A stretch of DNA of 64,000 bases, from positions 7,816 to 71,815 of the forward strand of contig CALJER010000016.1 of assembly GCA_938074535.1 (NCBI GenBank). Reading direction: 5' to 3'. This document shows, piece after piece, positions 17,279-26,823 of this stretch. The DNA is from an uncultured archaeon. GTDB taxonomy: Archaea; Hadarchaeota; Hadarchaeia; Hadarchaeales; WYZ-LMO6. How positions within the stretch are numbered: position 1 is the first letter of the stretch; each line of letters opens with the position of its first letter. The notes under the pieces were generated by a model that saw only the letters and a list, made by a program, of their open reading frames with translations, was not told the DNA's origin and did no database searches. Position numbers and translations under genes: made by a program.

Positions 17279-17969
17279 GCTGGGCTTCCTTGGCCCCTGC
17301 CATGTTTGAATCCAGGTCTTCCCCCCAGCCGCTCTCCAGGAGTTTCTTGGACTCGCGCAGGGGGAGGGGGTGCAGGGAAAGAATCCTTTCCACATAGAGC
17401 CTGGTTCCCTCTTCTAGGGAGGGAAAAATCCCGTTCACCAGGCCCACCCTTTCACCCTCCTCGGCCGTCATTCTCCTCCCCCCCAGGATGAAGTCCCTGG
17501 CCACTCCGTCCCCCACTATCCTGGGCAGGAGGTGAAGGGCCCCCATGTCTGGGAGAATGCCGAACTCTGGCTCCCTGAGGAAGAAGATGGTTCCGGGGGT
17601 GGCGAGCCTCAGGTCGGCGGCCAGGGCCAGCTGCATTCCTCCCCCTATGGCGTACCTCTGGCAGGCTGCCACCACCGGGCATTCCATCTTCCTGATCTTC
17701 ACTATTACCTGCTGGGCCAGGTCTATCACGGGAAGGAGCCTGTTCTCCTCCCACCCGGCCAGCTCAGCTAGGACGGAGGTGTCCAGGCCAGAGCAGAAGG
17801 TGTCCCCCTTCCCCGCCAGCACGACCACTCTGGGCTCCTCCTCCTTCACCTGGTCCAGGACCGCGTTCAGCTCCTCCAGCACCCTCAGATCCAGTGCGTT
17901 TTTCTTCTCCGGCCGGTTCAGCTCTATCCTGGAAACCTCGCCCAGCTCCACCCTCACCTTTTCCGGCAT
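17250..17969 (-). CDS. Enoyl-CoA hydratase/isomerase (crotonase) family protein
   Basis: Internal ATG (MPEKVRVELG...) of track ORF 17250..18029. NRPEKKNAL, FCSGLD and AIGGGMQLALAADLR motifs. CTTTTTATCC (minus sense) lies about 25-30 nt upstream. Its 3' end overlaps purD by 29 nt (convergent). Confidence 0.8.
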   Translation of the reverse strand: MPEKVRVELGEVSRIELNRPEKKNALDLRVLEELNAVLDQVKEEEPRVVVLAGKGDTFCSGLDTSVLAELAGWEENRLLPVIDLAQQVIVKIRKMECPVVAACQRYAIGGGMQLALAADLRLATPGTIFFLREPEFGILPDMGALHLLPRIVGDGVARDFILGGRRMTAEEGERVGLVNGIFPSLEEGTRLYVERILSLHPLPLRESKKLLESGWGEDLDSNMAGAKEAQLRCLRGLRT

Positions 17970-18114
17970 CCCTCCCCCCTTCTCCTCAGGGATAAAAAGT
18001 TTGGAGGGAAGGAGGGAGAAGCCGACCACCGCCCTTGGCCATCACGGGAGGAGAGCTCGTTTCCGGGAGGTTTACCACCATGTTCCTCGTGCGGTGAAGG
18101 CTGGGGCTTCCCCC

Positions 18115-18431
18115 GCCAAGGATCCTGACGCGGGGTTCCCCCATCCAGGCCCAGCTCCCCTGCTACTTGAGGAGGATCAGGGGAAGCGAGGCCTCGGACA
18201 TCATCAGCCCCACCACGAAGGTCCCCTGCCAGAGACGCCGGGGGGAAAACGGAAATGACCCCGGAGGAGCCAGGACAGGGTGATGGAGAGAGAATGACCT
18301 TCTGGCGGGAAATGGGCCCCCCGAACATGGACTCCGGCGAAGAGCAAAGCCGAGCCGGTGGAAAAGGTGGTCGGGCTTGCTGGGGAGTTGGGCAGAGAGG
18401 TGGCTTCGGCGAGGCCCGCAGGATCCTTGGC
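18115..18431 (+). ncRNA. Probable signal recognition particle RNA (7S/SRP RNA); ends uncertain by about 15 nt
   Basis: Lies in a 415-nt gap with no credible ORF. GCCAAGGATCCTG (18115-18127) is exactly complementary to CAGGATCCTTGGC (18419-18431), closing about 317 nt. 5' part GGGGUUCCCCC...CCCAGCUCCCCUGCUACUUGAGGAGG is Alu-domain-like. CCGAACAUGGACUCCGGCGAAGAGCAAAGCC (18321-18351) resembles the helix-8 GNAR loop with AGCA. Long complementary stretches fit helix 5. Confidence 0.65.
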
Positions 18432-18445
18432 CCCAAACCGAGGTC

Positions 18446-18856
18446 CTAACCCTCGGGCCTCAGCTCCAGGGTTTCCCACCTCACCCTTCCTCCCTCTACC
18501 ACCTCTTTGATCTTTCTCTCCACTGGGGTGAGGACGCTCCTCCCCGTCTTTACCTCCAGGAACACCACTTCCCTGGGCTCCCCCCTGCTGTGCCCCTCGA
18601 AAACCACGTAGTCTACCGGGGAGCCTATGAAGCGGGCGTCGGAGGGCTCGTACTTGAACTGCGGGAGGAGGGGGGCCATCTGCTCCCCTATCCTTCCCTT
18701 CAGGACGGCCCTGCTCCTTTCCAGGGCCTCCTTCCTGAGGGTTTCCTCCACCTCCAGCTTCCATCTCTCCAGCTTGCTCCTGAAAAGGGCAAGAAGGAAG
18801 AGGTAGGACACCCCCAGCCCCAGCAGGAACCCCAGCAGCAGCCAGAGGGCCTCCAT
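18446..18856 (-). CDS. Membrane-anchored endonuclease related to archaeal Holliday junction resolvase (PF10107/COG4741-like)
   Basis: ORF track 136 aa. N-terminal TM helix, coiled segment, then PSDARFIGSPVDYVVFEG...VVFLEVKTG nuclease-like core. Confidence 0.65.
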   Translation of the reverse strand: MEALWLLLGFLLGLGVSYLFLLALFRSKLERWKLEVEETLRKEALERSRAVLKGRIGEQMAPLLPQFKYEPSDARFIGSPVDYVVFEGHSRGEPREVVFLEVKTGRSVLTPVERKIKEVVEGGRVRWETLELRPEG

Positions 18857-18893
18857 CTTCCTCCCCTCCCGTGGGAGGAAGGGAGTAAAGCCT

Positions 18894-19463
18894 TTACCTG
18901 AGCTTGGCGCCCAGGTGGGCCAGCGTGGCCTTCTTCACTTCCTCGGCTTTCTCCCTTCCCACCAGCTGCTTCAGGAGTTCGAGAGCGAAGGCGAAGGCCG
19001 TGGCCGGCCCCATGCTGGTGATGATCTTCCCGTCCACCACCACCAGTTTTTTCAGCGGCCTTCCCCCGCCCTTCCTGAGCTCCGCCTCCATCCCCGGGTA
19101 GATCGTGCCCCTCTTCCCCCTGAGCACGCCCGCATCCGAGAGGACGGAGGGGGCGCCGCAGATGGCCGCCACGATCAGTCCCCTCTCCGCCGCTTCCCTC
19201 ACCAGCTCCAGCACCTTCCGGTTCTTCCTGAGGTTCTCGTACCCCGGATATCCTCCAGGACAGATCACGGCGTCGAAGTCCCCTATGCTGATTTCTTCCA
19301 GCCTGCGGTCGGGAAGCACCTTCACCCCGTGGGATCCCTCCACCGGCTTTTCCAGGCCCGCCGTCACCACCTCCACCCCTCCCCTCCTGAGGAGGTCCAC
19401 CACCGTCATGGCCTCCACCTCCTCGAAGCCTGGAGCCAGGAGGACGAGGGCCTTCACCATCAT
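18894..19463 (-). CDS. DJ-1/PfpI family protein
   Basis: ORF track 189 aa. FDAVICPGG and the nucleophile elbow AAICGAP. Confidence 0.85.
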   Translation of the reverse strand: MMVKALVLLAPGFEEVEAMTVVDLLRRGGVEVVTAGLEKPVEGSHGVKVLPDRRLEEISIGDFDAVICPGGYPGYENLRKNRKVLELVREAAERGLIVAAICGAPSVLSDAGVLRGKRGTIYPGMEAELRKGGGRPLKKLVVVDGKIITSMGPATAFAFALELLKQLVGREKAEEVKKATLAHLGAKLR

Positions 19464-19509
19464 TCTCCTTTCTCCTGGATTTTTAAAATAGAGCGGGAGA
19501 GGAGGGTGG

Positions 19510-20214
19510 ATGGAAGCGGTGGGGATGATCCTCTGCGGGGGTTACGGCAAGAGGCTTTTTCCCCTCACCCAGACCCTGCCCAAGGTCCTGCTGGAGTTGA
19601 GGAAAGGCCACACCATCCTCGACCACCAGCTCTCCCTCTACCGCAGGGCCGGGATCAGGGAGGTGTACCTTCTGGCGGGCTACCGGGCGGAAGAAATCAT
19701 GAGGAGGTACGGCAGGAGCTGGAGGGGGGTGGAGCTGAGATACGTGGTGGAGAAGCGGCCCCTGGGCACCCTCAACGCCCTCAGGCTCGGGATGAGGAAG
19801 GCCAGGAGGGAAGCATTGGTCACCAACGGGGACGTGGTGATGGAGCTGGATATGGGGAAAATGTGGGAGGACTTTCGGAGGTCGGGGGCCCTGGCTTCCC
19901 TGCTGGCGGTGAAGATGAGGAGTCCCTACGGGATTCTGAGGCTCAGGGGCAGGAAGGTCGTTTCTTTCGTGGAGAAACCCCTCCTCCCGCACTACGTGAA
20001 CGGCGGGGTTTACTGTCTCAGTCCCCTCCTCCTTCCCCTGATGGAAAAGTTCGGGAAGGGAAACGTGGAGCAGACCCTCTTCCCCGAGCTGGCCAGGAAA
20101 GGGGAGCTCAGGTGCTACAGGGCGGAGCTCCCTCTCTGGATACCCGTGGACACCCTCAAGGATTTGGAGGAAGCTAGGAAGAAGCTGGAGGAGCTCAGGC
20201 TAGGGGTGGCCTGA
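19510..20214 (+). CDS. Sugar-phosphate nucleotidyltransferase (NTP_transferase family)
   Basis: ORF track 234 aa. ILCGGYGKRLFPLT signature. GGAGAGGAGGGTGG lies upstream. Confidence 0.8.
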   Translation: MEAVGMILCGGYGKRLFPLTQTLPKVLLELRKGHTILDHQLSLYRRAGIREVYLLAGYRAEEIMRRYGRSWRGVELRYVVEKRPLGTLNALRLGMRKARREALVTNGDVVMELDMGKMWEDFRRSGALASLLAVKMRSPYGILRLRGRKVVSFVEKPLLPHYVNGGVYCLSPLLLPLMEKFGKGNVEQTLFPELARKGELRCYRAELPLWIPVDTLKDLEEARKKLEELRLGVA

Positions 20215-20953
20215 GGGCTTCTGGAAGGAAGCTCAAGAAGCGGGGAGCTTCTCCCTTCTCCGCCCCCCCCACGAGCAGGAGCACCACCACTTCTTCCTTC
20301 CTCCAGATCGCACCGTCTATCCCCTCACCCTCCAGGTGGAAGTGTGCCTGCTCTGGATGGCTTTCGTAGAGCCTCTTCTCCAGCTTCCCCAGCACCTCCT
20401 GGAGCCCCTCCTGGGCGTTCTCGGATGAGGGAAAGAGCAGGGCATAGAGGGCCAGCCTCTTTCCCCCCTCTCCTTCCCAGAGCCTGAAGAAGCCCTCGGC
20501 ACCGGCTCCAGGCCTCCCAAGGATGGCTTCCTCCTTCACGCCGCCCTCGCCCACCTCCTTCCAGCCGGGGGGGGAGACCTGCCTGAGCCAGGAGGGAAGG
20601 TCCGGTTTGGCCTTGGCCTCCGGTGCCTCTTCCGGCCTTTCCCCCACTTCAGCCTTCTCCAGAGCTTCCCTGAGCCTATCGATCACTTCTCCCTGAGGGG
20701 CTTCGAACTCGGGAGTCACCCTTTCCGCCTCCTGCACGGCTTCCTCGATCTCTTCCTTTTCGGGAACCGCCTCCGCACCCTCCCCCTGGCCCTCCATCAC
20801 CGACAGGGTAAACAGGAGCAGGAAAAGAAAGGCCACGCCTGCCGCAAAGACGAAGGAGAGTTCGGGGGAGGAGGGGGGAAAGAGGATGAAAAGGAGGAAC
20901 CCCGCCGCAGCAACTACCAGGGAAGCCATTGCCAGGAATTTTGCCTGCTCCAT
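20195..20953 (-). CDS. Hypothetical membrane-anchored protein with an acidic linker
   Basis: ORF track 252 aa. Two N-terminal hydrophobic helices, then a Glu/Pro/Ala-rich linker and a globular C-terminus. No family recognised. Confidence 0.5.
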   Translation of the reverse strand: MEQAKFLAMASLVVAAAGFLLFILFPPSSPELSFVFAAGVAFLFLLLFTLSVMEGQGEGAEAVPEKEEIEEAVQEAERVTPEFEAPQGEVIDRLREALEKAEVGERPEEAPEAKAKPDLPSWLRQVSPPGWKEVGEGGVKEEAILGRPGAGAEGFFRLWEGEGGKRLALYALLFPSSENAQEGLQEVLGKLEKRLYESHPEQAHFHLEGEGIDGAIWRKEEVVVLLLVGGAEKGEAPRFLSFLPEALRPPLA

Positions 20954-21043
20954 GCTTGTTTATAACTGAGGAGAGCCTCTTTATAGAGCCTGCGGGAGAA
21001 GGCTCCCAAAAACCTCTTTTAACTCCAGGTTTTAGGGGAGTGA

Positions 21044-21964
21044 ATGAGCATAAACCCCACCAAGTTCATCTGGATGGACGGGAAACTGGTGCCCTGGGAG
21101 GAGGCCAAGGTGCATCTGCTGACCCACACCCTCCACTACGGGTACGGGGTGTTCGAGGGAATAAGGTGCTACCGAACCCCAACGGGTCCCGCCGTCTTCA
21201 GGCTGAGGGATCATATGCTGAGGCTCCAGCACTCCGCCGACATCGTGGGGATGAAGCTCCCCTACACGGTGGAGGAACTGGTGGAGGCGGTCAAGCTCAC
21301 CGTGAGGGAGAACGGATTGGAGGAGTGCTACATACGCCCCATCGCCTACTGCGGCTACGGGGTGATGGGGCTGAACCCCAGGGGAGCCCCCGTGAGGGTG
21401 GCCGTGGCCGCCTGGCAGTGGGGAACCTACCTCGGGGAGGAAGGACTGAGGAACGGGGTAAGGGTGAAGATCTCACCCTACCGCAGGATACACCCCTCCG
21501 TGCTCCCCCCCCAAGCCAAGCTGGTGGCCAACTATGCCAACTCCATCCTGGCCAAGCTGGACGCGGTGGACAGCGGGTACGACGAGGCCCTCATGCTCAA
21601 CTTTTCAGGCAACGTTTCTGAAGGGCCGGGGGAGAACCTGTTCATAGTGGAGAAGGGCGTCTTGGTCACTCCCCCCGTGTCCGAGTGTGCTCTCCCCGGC
21701 ATAACTAGGGATTCCATCCTGCAGCTTGCCCGCCGGGAGGGCATTCCCGCCAGGGAAGAACCGGTCTCCCTGGAGAGGCTCTACGAAGCGGATGAGGCCT
21801 TTTTCACGGGAACGGCCGCGGAGGTGACCCCCATAAGGGAGGTGGGGGACCGCCCCATAGGGAACGGGAGGAGGGGGAGGATCACCGCCAGGCTGCAGGA
21901 GCTTTACTTCAGGGTGGTGAGGGGGGAAGAGGAAGGCTACGAGCACTGGCTGGAAAGGGTTTGA
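21044..21964 (+). CDS. ilvE: Branched-chain amino acid aminotransferase
   Basis: ORF track 306 aa, fold-type IV PLP enzyme (HTLHYGYGVFEGIR, GENLFIV, GITRDS, FFTGTAAEVTPI). Confidence 0.9.
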   Translation: MSINPTKFIWMDGKLVPWEEAKVHLLTHTLHYGYGVFEGIRCYRTPTGPAVFRLRDHMLRLQHSADIVGMKLPYTVEELVEAVKLTVRENGLEECYIRPIAYCGYGVMGLNPRGAPVRVAVAAWQWGTYLGEEGLRNGVRVKISPYRRIHPSVLPPQAKLVANYANSILAKLDAVDSGYDEALMLNFSGNVSEGPGENLFIVEKGVLVTPPVSECALPGITRDSILQLARREGIPAREEPVSLERLYEADEAFFTGTAAEVTPIREVGDRPIGNGRRGRITARLQELYFRVVRGEEEGYEHWLERV

Positions 21965-21967
21965 GGC

Positions 21968-22951
21968 TCACCCCCTACAGAGGAGTTTCTCCAGATGGTC
22001 AAGGATGAATTTCTTGACCTCCTTCAGGGTGCCCTTTCCCGTGGCGCTGGCGGCCCCGGGATGTCCCCCCCCGGAACCCCCGAAGAACCTGCCCACCTCC
22101 TGCATGAGTGACCCCAGGTGGAGGTGAGTGCCCTCGCAGAGTTCGGGCGTGGCCCGCCCCGAGATTCTGAACTCTCCTTTTTCCTCGGAGCCCACAAAAC
22201 TGAGGTCCGCCCCCAGCTTCAGGAGGGTGGAGGCGGCGTCGGCCTCGAAGGTGCTGAGCTCGGAGAAGACCACCAGGCGCTCCCCCATGCTTCTTACCTC
22301 CATCCGCTGCGCGGCCTTGAGCATGGCCATGCGCCTGGATCGATCCTCCGGCAGTTTAAGCGTTTCCAGGAGCTGCCTGTAATCGGCACCGCACTTTATC
22401 AGCTCGCACACGGCTTCCAGCGTGGAGTTCCTGGCGAGTTTCAGCCCGGCCGTGTCCGTCAGAATTCCCGCCAGCAGCAGGTTGGCCTGCTGCTCGGAGG
22501 GCTTCTCCCCCATCTCCCTGAGCAGGTGCAGGACCATCTCCGCTGAGGAGGTCGCCTGCTCGTTCACCCAGGCGACCTCCACCTCCTCCTTCATGCCCTC
22601 CACCTCCAGATGGTGGTCTATGAGGAGGACGGGCTTCCCCCTGACCTCCTCCCCCACCTTTCCCAGGTGGGCGAAGCTGGAGGCATCCACCATTACCACC
22701 AGGTCGGCCTGCAGGTGGGGGGAGGTGCTCACTTCCCTTCCGCAGCGCTCCAGGAGGAGCTGAGCGAGCTTGTTCATGCCTTCTGGGACCACCACCTCAG
22801 TTTTCGCCCCCAATTTCTCCAGGATTTCGGAGAGGACGACGGCGCTCCCCACCCCATCCGGGTCCGCCTGCTGGTGGGAGACGAGGAGAAGGCGGCTCCC
22901 TTTTTTGGCCTCCTCCAGCAACAGCCTCGCAGCCTTCTCTAGAGGGGTCAA
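21968..22951 (-). CDS. DHH/DHHA1 family phosphoesterase (NrnA-like)
   Basis: ORF track 327 aa. DPDGVGS, LLIDHH and GGSGGGHPGAA motifs. Confidence 0.8.
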   Translation of the reverse strand: MTPLEKAARLLLEEAKKGSRLLLVSHQQADPDGVGSAVVLSEILEKLGAKTEVVVPEGMNKLAQLLLERCGREVSTSPHLQADLVVMVDASSFAHLGKVGEEVRGKPVLLIDHHLEVEGMKEEVEVAWVNEQATSSAEMVLHLLREMGEKPSEQQANLLLAGILTDTAGLKLARNSTLEAVCELIKCGADYRQLLETLKLPEDRSRRMAMLKAAQRMEVRSMGERLVVFSELSTFEADAASTLLKLGADLSFVGSEEKGEFRISGRATPELCEGTHLHLGSLMQEVGRFFGGSGGGHPGAASATGKGTLKEVKKFILDHLEKLLCRG

Positions 22952-23304
22952 GCTTCGGGCCTTCTCGTTTTTAGGGTCTCTTCCAGCTTCTGCTGCAGCT
23001 CCCTGAGCCTCTCCGCTACCCTCTCCTCCTGGCGCTCCAGGGTCTTCACCCTCAGCTCTAGGGTCTCCCTCTGCTCCTCCAGTTCCTTCCTGAGTTCTTC
23101 CCTGCTGGCCCTCACCAGCAGGGGTCCAACTCCCTTGTAGACCGTCGCGTCCTGCGGGCTCTTGTCCAGCTCCTCCAGGGCCTTCTTGGTTTCCAGCATC
23201 AGCAACTCCAGCTGCTGTCTCTGTGCGGCCAGGGCCTGGGCGTGCTGCTGCGCCTGCTGGTACTGTGCCACCATGTGCTTCAGCTGCGGGGGGAGCTCTT
23301 CCAT
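22948..23304 (-). CDS. pfdB: Prefoldin beta subunit
   Basis: ORF track 118 aa. Two coiled-coil arms flank the VYKGVGPLLV hairpin. Usual position at the end of the archaeal superoperon. Confidence 0.85.
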   Translation of the reverse strand: MEELPPQLKHMVAQYQQAQQHAQALAAQRQQLELLMLETKKALEELDKSPQDATVYKGVGPLLVRASREELRKELEEQRETLELRVKTLERQEERVAERLRELQQKLEETLKTRRPEA

Positions 23305-23561
23305 CCTCTTTCCTCCTTGAGTTCCATCATGTCGCGCACCACCGCTACGAGCCTCAGAAGGGAGTTCAGGGCAGCGCGCAGAGAGGGCGTATCCCTCGCC
23401 CTCACCTCCAGCTTCAGGGTCTTTCCCCTGGCCGAGACCCTCACGGAGCTCTTGTCCCTCCCGGGGGAGGACTCCTCCGGCTTCAGGGCCAGGAGGGCCT
23501 CCCTGGCCAGCTCCGCGCTGGGGAACACCATCTCCACCTCAGCTTCAGAGCGAGTAGACAC
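23280..23561 (-). CDS. pcc1: KEOPS complex subunit Pcc1
   Basis: ORF track 93 aa. AEVEMVFPSAELA and ARDTPSLRAALNSLLRLV match the Pcc1/CTAG pattern. The tail overlaps pfdB by 25 nt. Confidence 0.7.
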   Translation of the reverse strand: MSTRSEAEVEMVFPSAELAREALLALKPEESSPGRDKSSVRVSARGKTLKLEVRARDTPSLRAALNSLLRLVAVVRDMMELKEERGWKSSPRS

Positions 23562-23570
23562 CCAACCACC

Positions 23571-23702
23571 TCATATGGCCTTCACCTTCCTGACCACCGG
23601 CTGGCGAACCTTGTAAAAGATCCTGAAACCGCAGCGGGGACAGACCACCCTCTCCAGCTTCTGGATCTCCACCTTTTCCCCGCAGTGGTAGCACTTGTAC
23701 AT
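23571..23702 (-). CDS. rpoP: DNA-directed RNA polymerase subunit P (Rpo12)
   Basis: Internal ATG of track ORF 23571..23762 gives MYKCYHCGEKVEIQKLERVVCPRCGFRIFYKVRQPVVRKVKAI, a CxxC...CxxC zinc ribbon. Confidence 0.85.
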   Translation of the reverse strand: MYKCYHCGEKVEIQKLERVVCPRCGFRIFYKVRQPVVRKVKAI

Positions 23703-23703
23703 C

Positions 23704-23940
23704 TCATCCCCTCCTGCCCCCCGGGGAGGGGGGGTGGTAAGCCGGGCCGGCAAACTTGCCACCGCACTTGAAGCACTCCCAGATACCTGTGCTGACCCTT
23801 TTCAGCCTCTTCGACCCACAGGAAGGGCAGGGATGCTTTCCAGCCTTCTCGGCCTCTATTTCCCCGGCCAGCCTCCTGTCTTTCAGTCCGTACCTGGGCC
23901 CGTACTTCCCCGCCGCGCCCACTTTTTTCGTCCTTCCCAT
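23704..23940 (-). CDS. rpl37ae: Ribosomal protein L37Ae (eL43)
   Basis: ORF track 78 aa: MGRTKKVGAAGKYGPRYG...CPSCG...VSTGIWECFKCGGKFAGPAY. Confidence 0.92.
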   Translation of the reverse strand: MGRTKKVGAAGKYGPRYGLKDRRLAGEIEAEKAGKHPCPSCGSKRLKRVSTGIWECFKCGGKFAGPAYHPPSPGGRRG

Positions 23941-23944
23941 ACCC

Positions 23945-24706
23945 TCACAGCTTCTTCCTCAGTTCTTCCCCGCATTTCCTTGCAAGTTCGTAGGCCTTCT
24001 CCAGTTCCTCCCTCTGGAAGAACCCGCTTCCACCCTTCTGCATGGCGCAGATGTTCCCGTTCTCCAGGGTGGAGATGGTCAGCCTCACGTCCGCCGTGTT
24101 CTCCTCCTCCAGACCCGCATCCACCATCATCACTCCGTTGAGCTTTACCACGGTCACGGCTACGGGTTTGGCCCTGAGGGGGAACTCGGGGAGGGTCCAC
24201 CCTTCCACGGCGGGAGGCTTCACGTCATAGAGCGCCGCCACGCTGGCTAGAACGGAGGCGTCTATCAGGTTCCCGTCGTGGTCGAGCACGTAGATGTCGA
24301 TGAAGACCGCCCACACCTCCTCCCCCTCCTTGATACACAGCTTCTCCAGGTCTATCATCTGGGACTCCCTTATCGTCCTGTCTACTACCCTGGCCAGTTC
24401 TATGGCGTTCTCGTTGGGTGGCCCGGGCTCGAAGGTGGGTGAGGCGAGGGGCAGGAGCTCTGCGTTCACCACCAAGATGCCGGAGGTGGGGGTGTCGGGG
24501 AAGGGTTCCCCCTTCTCAAGCTTCACGCCCACCATCACTTGGGTGTTTCCCAGCTTCACCAGGGCGGAACCTTGGGCAGTTCCTATCACCCCCCTCTCTA
24601 TCGAAACTTCCCGGTACTGATCGAGGGCCCTGCCGTCCACCCTTTTTCCCTGCATGGCCAGGTCCACTAGGTACTCCTTCTTCACACTTGCTATGAGTTC
24701 CTTCAT
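23945..24706 (-). CDS. rrp42: Exosome complex subunit Rrp42 (RNase PH-like, non-catalytic)
   Basis: ORF track 253 aa. RNase PH fold, positioned immediately after rrp41. Confidence 0.88.
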   Translation of the reverse strand: MKELIASVKKEYLVDLAMQGKRVDGRALDQYREVSIERGVIGTAQGSALVKLGNTQVMVGVKLEKGEPFPDTPTSGILVVNAELLPLASPTFEPGPPNENAIELARVVDRTIRESQMIDLEKLCIKEGEEVWAVFIDIYVLDHDGNLIDASVLASVAALYDVKPPAVEGWTLPEFPLRAKPVAVTVVKLNGVMMVDAGLEEENTADVRLTISTLENGNICAMQKGGSGFFQREELEKAYELARKCGEELRKKL

Positions 24707-25444
24707 CTACCTCCCTTCCTCAAGCGAGGGCAGGTATTTCTCCTTCAGGGCCTCCTTCTGGGCTTCATATATCTGCTCCACCCCTTTGAAAGCCAGGTCC
24801 AAAGCCTGCCTGAATTCCTGCGGGGTGAAGTTCCCGTCCATCTGCAAGAGGGTGATGCACTTCCTTCTGGGCATGACCGCTACGGGCATGTCGGCTTCTC
24901 CCCACTGGTCCTCCTCCTTCATCAGATCCAGCACCACCGTGCCGTCCACCTTTCCTACCGAAATTCCCGCCACCAGATCCCTCATGGGCACGCCTGCGTC
25001 GGCGAGAGCTACGGAGGCGGCGGTGATTCCCGCCGTCCTAGTCCCCGCGTCCGCCTGGAGGATTTCGATGAACACGTCTATCACGGCCCTCGGATAGAGG
25101 TGCAGGAAGAGGACCGGCTCCAGGGCCTCCCTTATCACCTTGGAGATCTCCATGGACCTCCTGTCTGGTCCAGGTCTCTTTCTCTCCTCCACCGAAAAGG
25201 GGGCCATGTTGTACCTGCAGCGCAGGACGGCTACATCGGCCTGTTGCAGGTGCCTGGGGTGCATCTCCTTGGGACCGTAGACGGCGGCCAGGATCTTGTT
25301 CTTTCCGAGTTCTATGTAGGCCGACCCATCCGCACGCTTCAGAATCCCGGCCTTTATGCGGAGGGGTCTCAGCTCGTCTGGCCTTCTTCCGTCCAGCCTC
25401 CTCCCGTCCACCAGCAGCTTCTCGGGTTTTGCCTCTGCCATCAT
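24707..25444 (-). CDS. rrp41: Exosome complex exonuclease Rrp41 (RNase PH)
   Basis: ORF track 245 aa. [29 protein letters not shown] and QADAGTRTA motifs. Confidence 0.92.
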   Translation of the reverse strand: MMAEAKPEKLLVDGRRLDGRRPDELRPLRIKAGILKRADGSAYIELGKNKILAAVYGPKEMHPRHLQQADVAVLRCRYNMAPFSVEERKRPGPDRRSMEISKVIREALEPVLFLHLYPRAVIDVFIEILQADAGTRTAGITAASVALADAGVPMRDLVAGISVGKVDGTVVLDLMKEEDQWGEADMPVAVMPRRKCITLLQMDGNFTPQEFRQALDLAFKGVEQIYEAQKEALKEKYLPSLEEGR

Positions 25445-26121
25445 CCTTCCCTTTCCAGCTTGGCTTTTATCCTATCCGTGAGTCCAGATAAATGTGCTTC
25501 TCTCTCTATTAACAGTATTGCTTCCACCACCGCGTTCACTTTTTTGAGGTCCCTCCCCCTGATCAGGATCCTTCCGTTCAGCCCCACCTCCAGCCTGCAT
25601 CCCGAGGTTTCCTCCAGCACCTTCAACATGGATCCCTTCCTGCCTATTACCCTGGGAACTTTGGCCGGACTTATCTCCACCAGCCTCCCTCCCCTGATCC
25701 TCCCCATTCCTCTCTCGGAGGCCGTCAGCTGCACCCTCCACCTCTCGTCCACCTCCCTCACCTCGGCCAGCACGGCGTCGCCTATCCTCAGGAACTTTCC
25801 TATGTCCTCTCTGAAGACGTCCACCTTTCTCCCCACCAGCTCCGAGACCATCAGGTTGCCGGTGTAAGGGGAGTTGAGGTCGAGGATCCATCCGAAGGGA
25901 TGGGTGTCGGTGACGATGCCTATCACCCTGTCCCCCCTCCTGGGGATGTACCTGCCCTGGAGGGAGATCACGCTTATGCTTTTTTCCCTTATTTCCGCCA
26001 GCCCTATCACCGCGGAGAAGATCTTTCCGCCTTCGAGAAAGGTTCCCTCCCCCGCGAAGTAATCCCCTTCCGCGAGCAGCCTGCCCGGCACCACCAGTTC
26101 CCGGTTCTCCACAAACAGCAT
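25441..26121 (-). CDS. rrp4: Exosome RNA-binding subunit Rrp4 (S1 and KH domains)
   Basis: ORF track 226 aa. The S1 domain (GDRVIGIV) is followed by the KH motif ([12 protein letters not shown]). ATGA overlap with rrp41. Confidence 0.9.
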   Translation of the reverse strand: MLFVENRELVVPGRLLAEGDYFAGEGTFLEGGKIFSAVIGLAEIREKSISVISLQGRYIPRRGDRVIGIVTDTHPFGWILDLNSPYTGNLMVSELVGRKVDVFREDIGKFLRIGDAVLAEVREVDERWRVQLTASERGMGRIRGGRLVEISPAKVPRVIGRKGSMLKVLEETSGCRLEVGLNGRILIRGRDLKKVNAVVEAILLIEREAHLSGLTDRIKAKLEREG

Positions 26122-26813
26122 CAGAGCACCTTTGTCTGAACCTCACCCCTGGTGAGGTCGTTCAGCCTGTCGAAGAACTCGGGCTGGAAGCCGGCGGGGA
26201 TCTCCACCAGGAGGAGGAGGGAGCCGTCGGTGAGCCATTCCTCCTTCTTCACTTCCGCCATGCTCTTGATGGCATGCAGCGACTTCCCCGCGTACTGCGG
26301 GGGGATCTTCAGGGCTATCTTCCTCATCTCGAACTTCAGGGGGAGGATGGGCTGGATGGCCTTCACCACGGCAGGGAGCTGCTCCTCCGCCCTCTTGAAC
26401 TCCTCTATCCCCACCTTGGCCCTCCTCACGGCTTCCTCCACCCGGGAGGGGGGATGGGGCAGGCCCGTCTGGGGGTTGATGGCCCTCCTGGCTATAAGGG
26501 AGACGATCTGCTTCAGCTTCTCCTCCCTCATCTTCCTCCTCTGCTCTGTGGTCAGCTGAATTTTACCCTTTAGGAGGATTTGCTCCGCCACCTTCCTTAC
26601 CTCGTCGGTCCCGAAGACCTTGAGCAGGGCCTCCCTCGAGGCGGTCTCCCCCTTCCTCGCGTCCTTGAAGACCTTTTCCACGGCCAGGAGGTTTCCCATC
26701 TCCACGCTTCCGCCCTCTTTGAAAGCCACCGCCAGGTCTGGGTCCACCAGCACCTCGAAGTCCATTCCCTGTGCTGAGAGCCTCGCCACGACGGCATCTT
26801 CCAGCTTTACCAT
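26121..26813 (-). CDS. SBDS/Sdo1 family ribosome maturation protein
   Basis: ORF track 230 aa. FEVLVDPD...VEKVFKDARKGE is the typical N-terminal FYSH domain. Canonical superoperon position. Confidence 0.88.
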   Translation of the reverse strand: MVKLEDAVVARLSAQGMDFEVLVDPDLAVAFKEGGSVEMGNLLAVEKVFKDARKGETASREALLKVFGTDEVRKVAEQILLKGKIQLTTEQRRKMREEKLKQIVSLIARRAINPQTGLPHPPSRVEEAVRRAKVGIEEFKRAEEQLPAVVKAIQPILPLKFEMRKIALKIPPQYAGKSLHAIKSMAEVKKEEWLTDGSLLLLVEIPAGFQPEFFDRLNDLTRGEVQTKVL

Positions 26814-26823
26814 CTTCCCCCCA

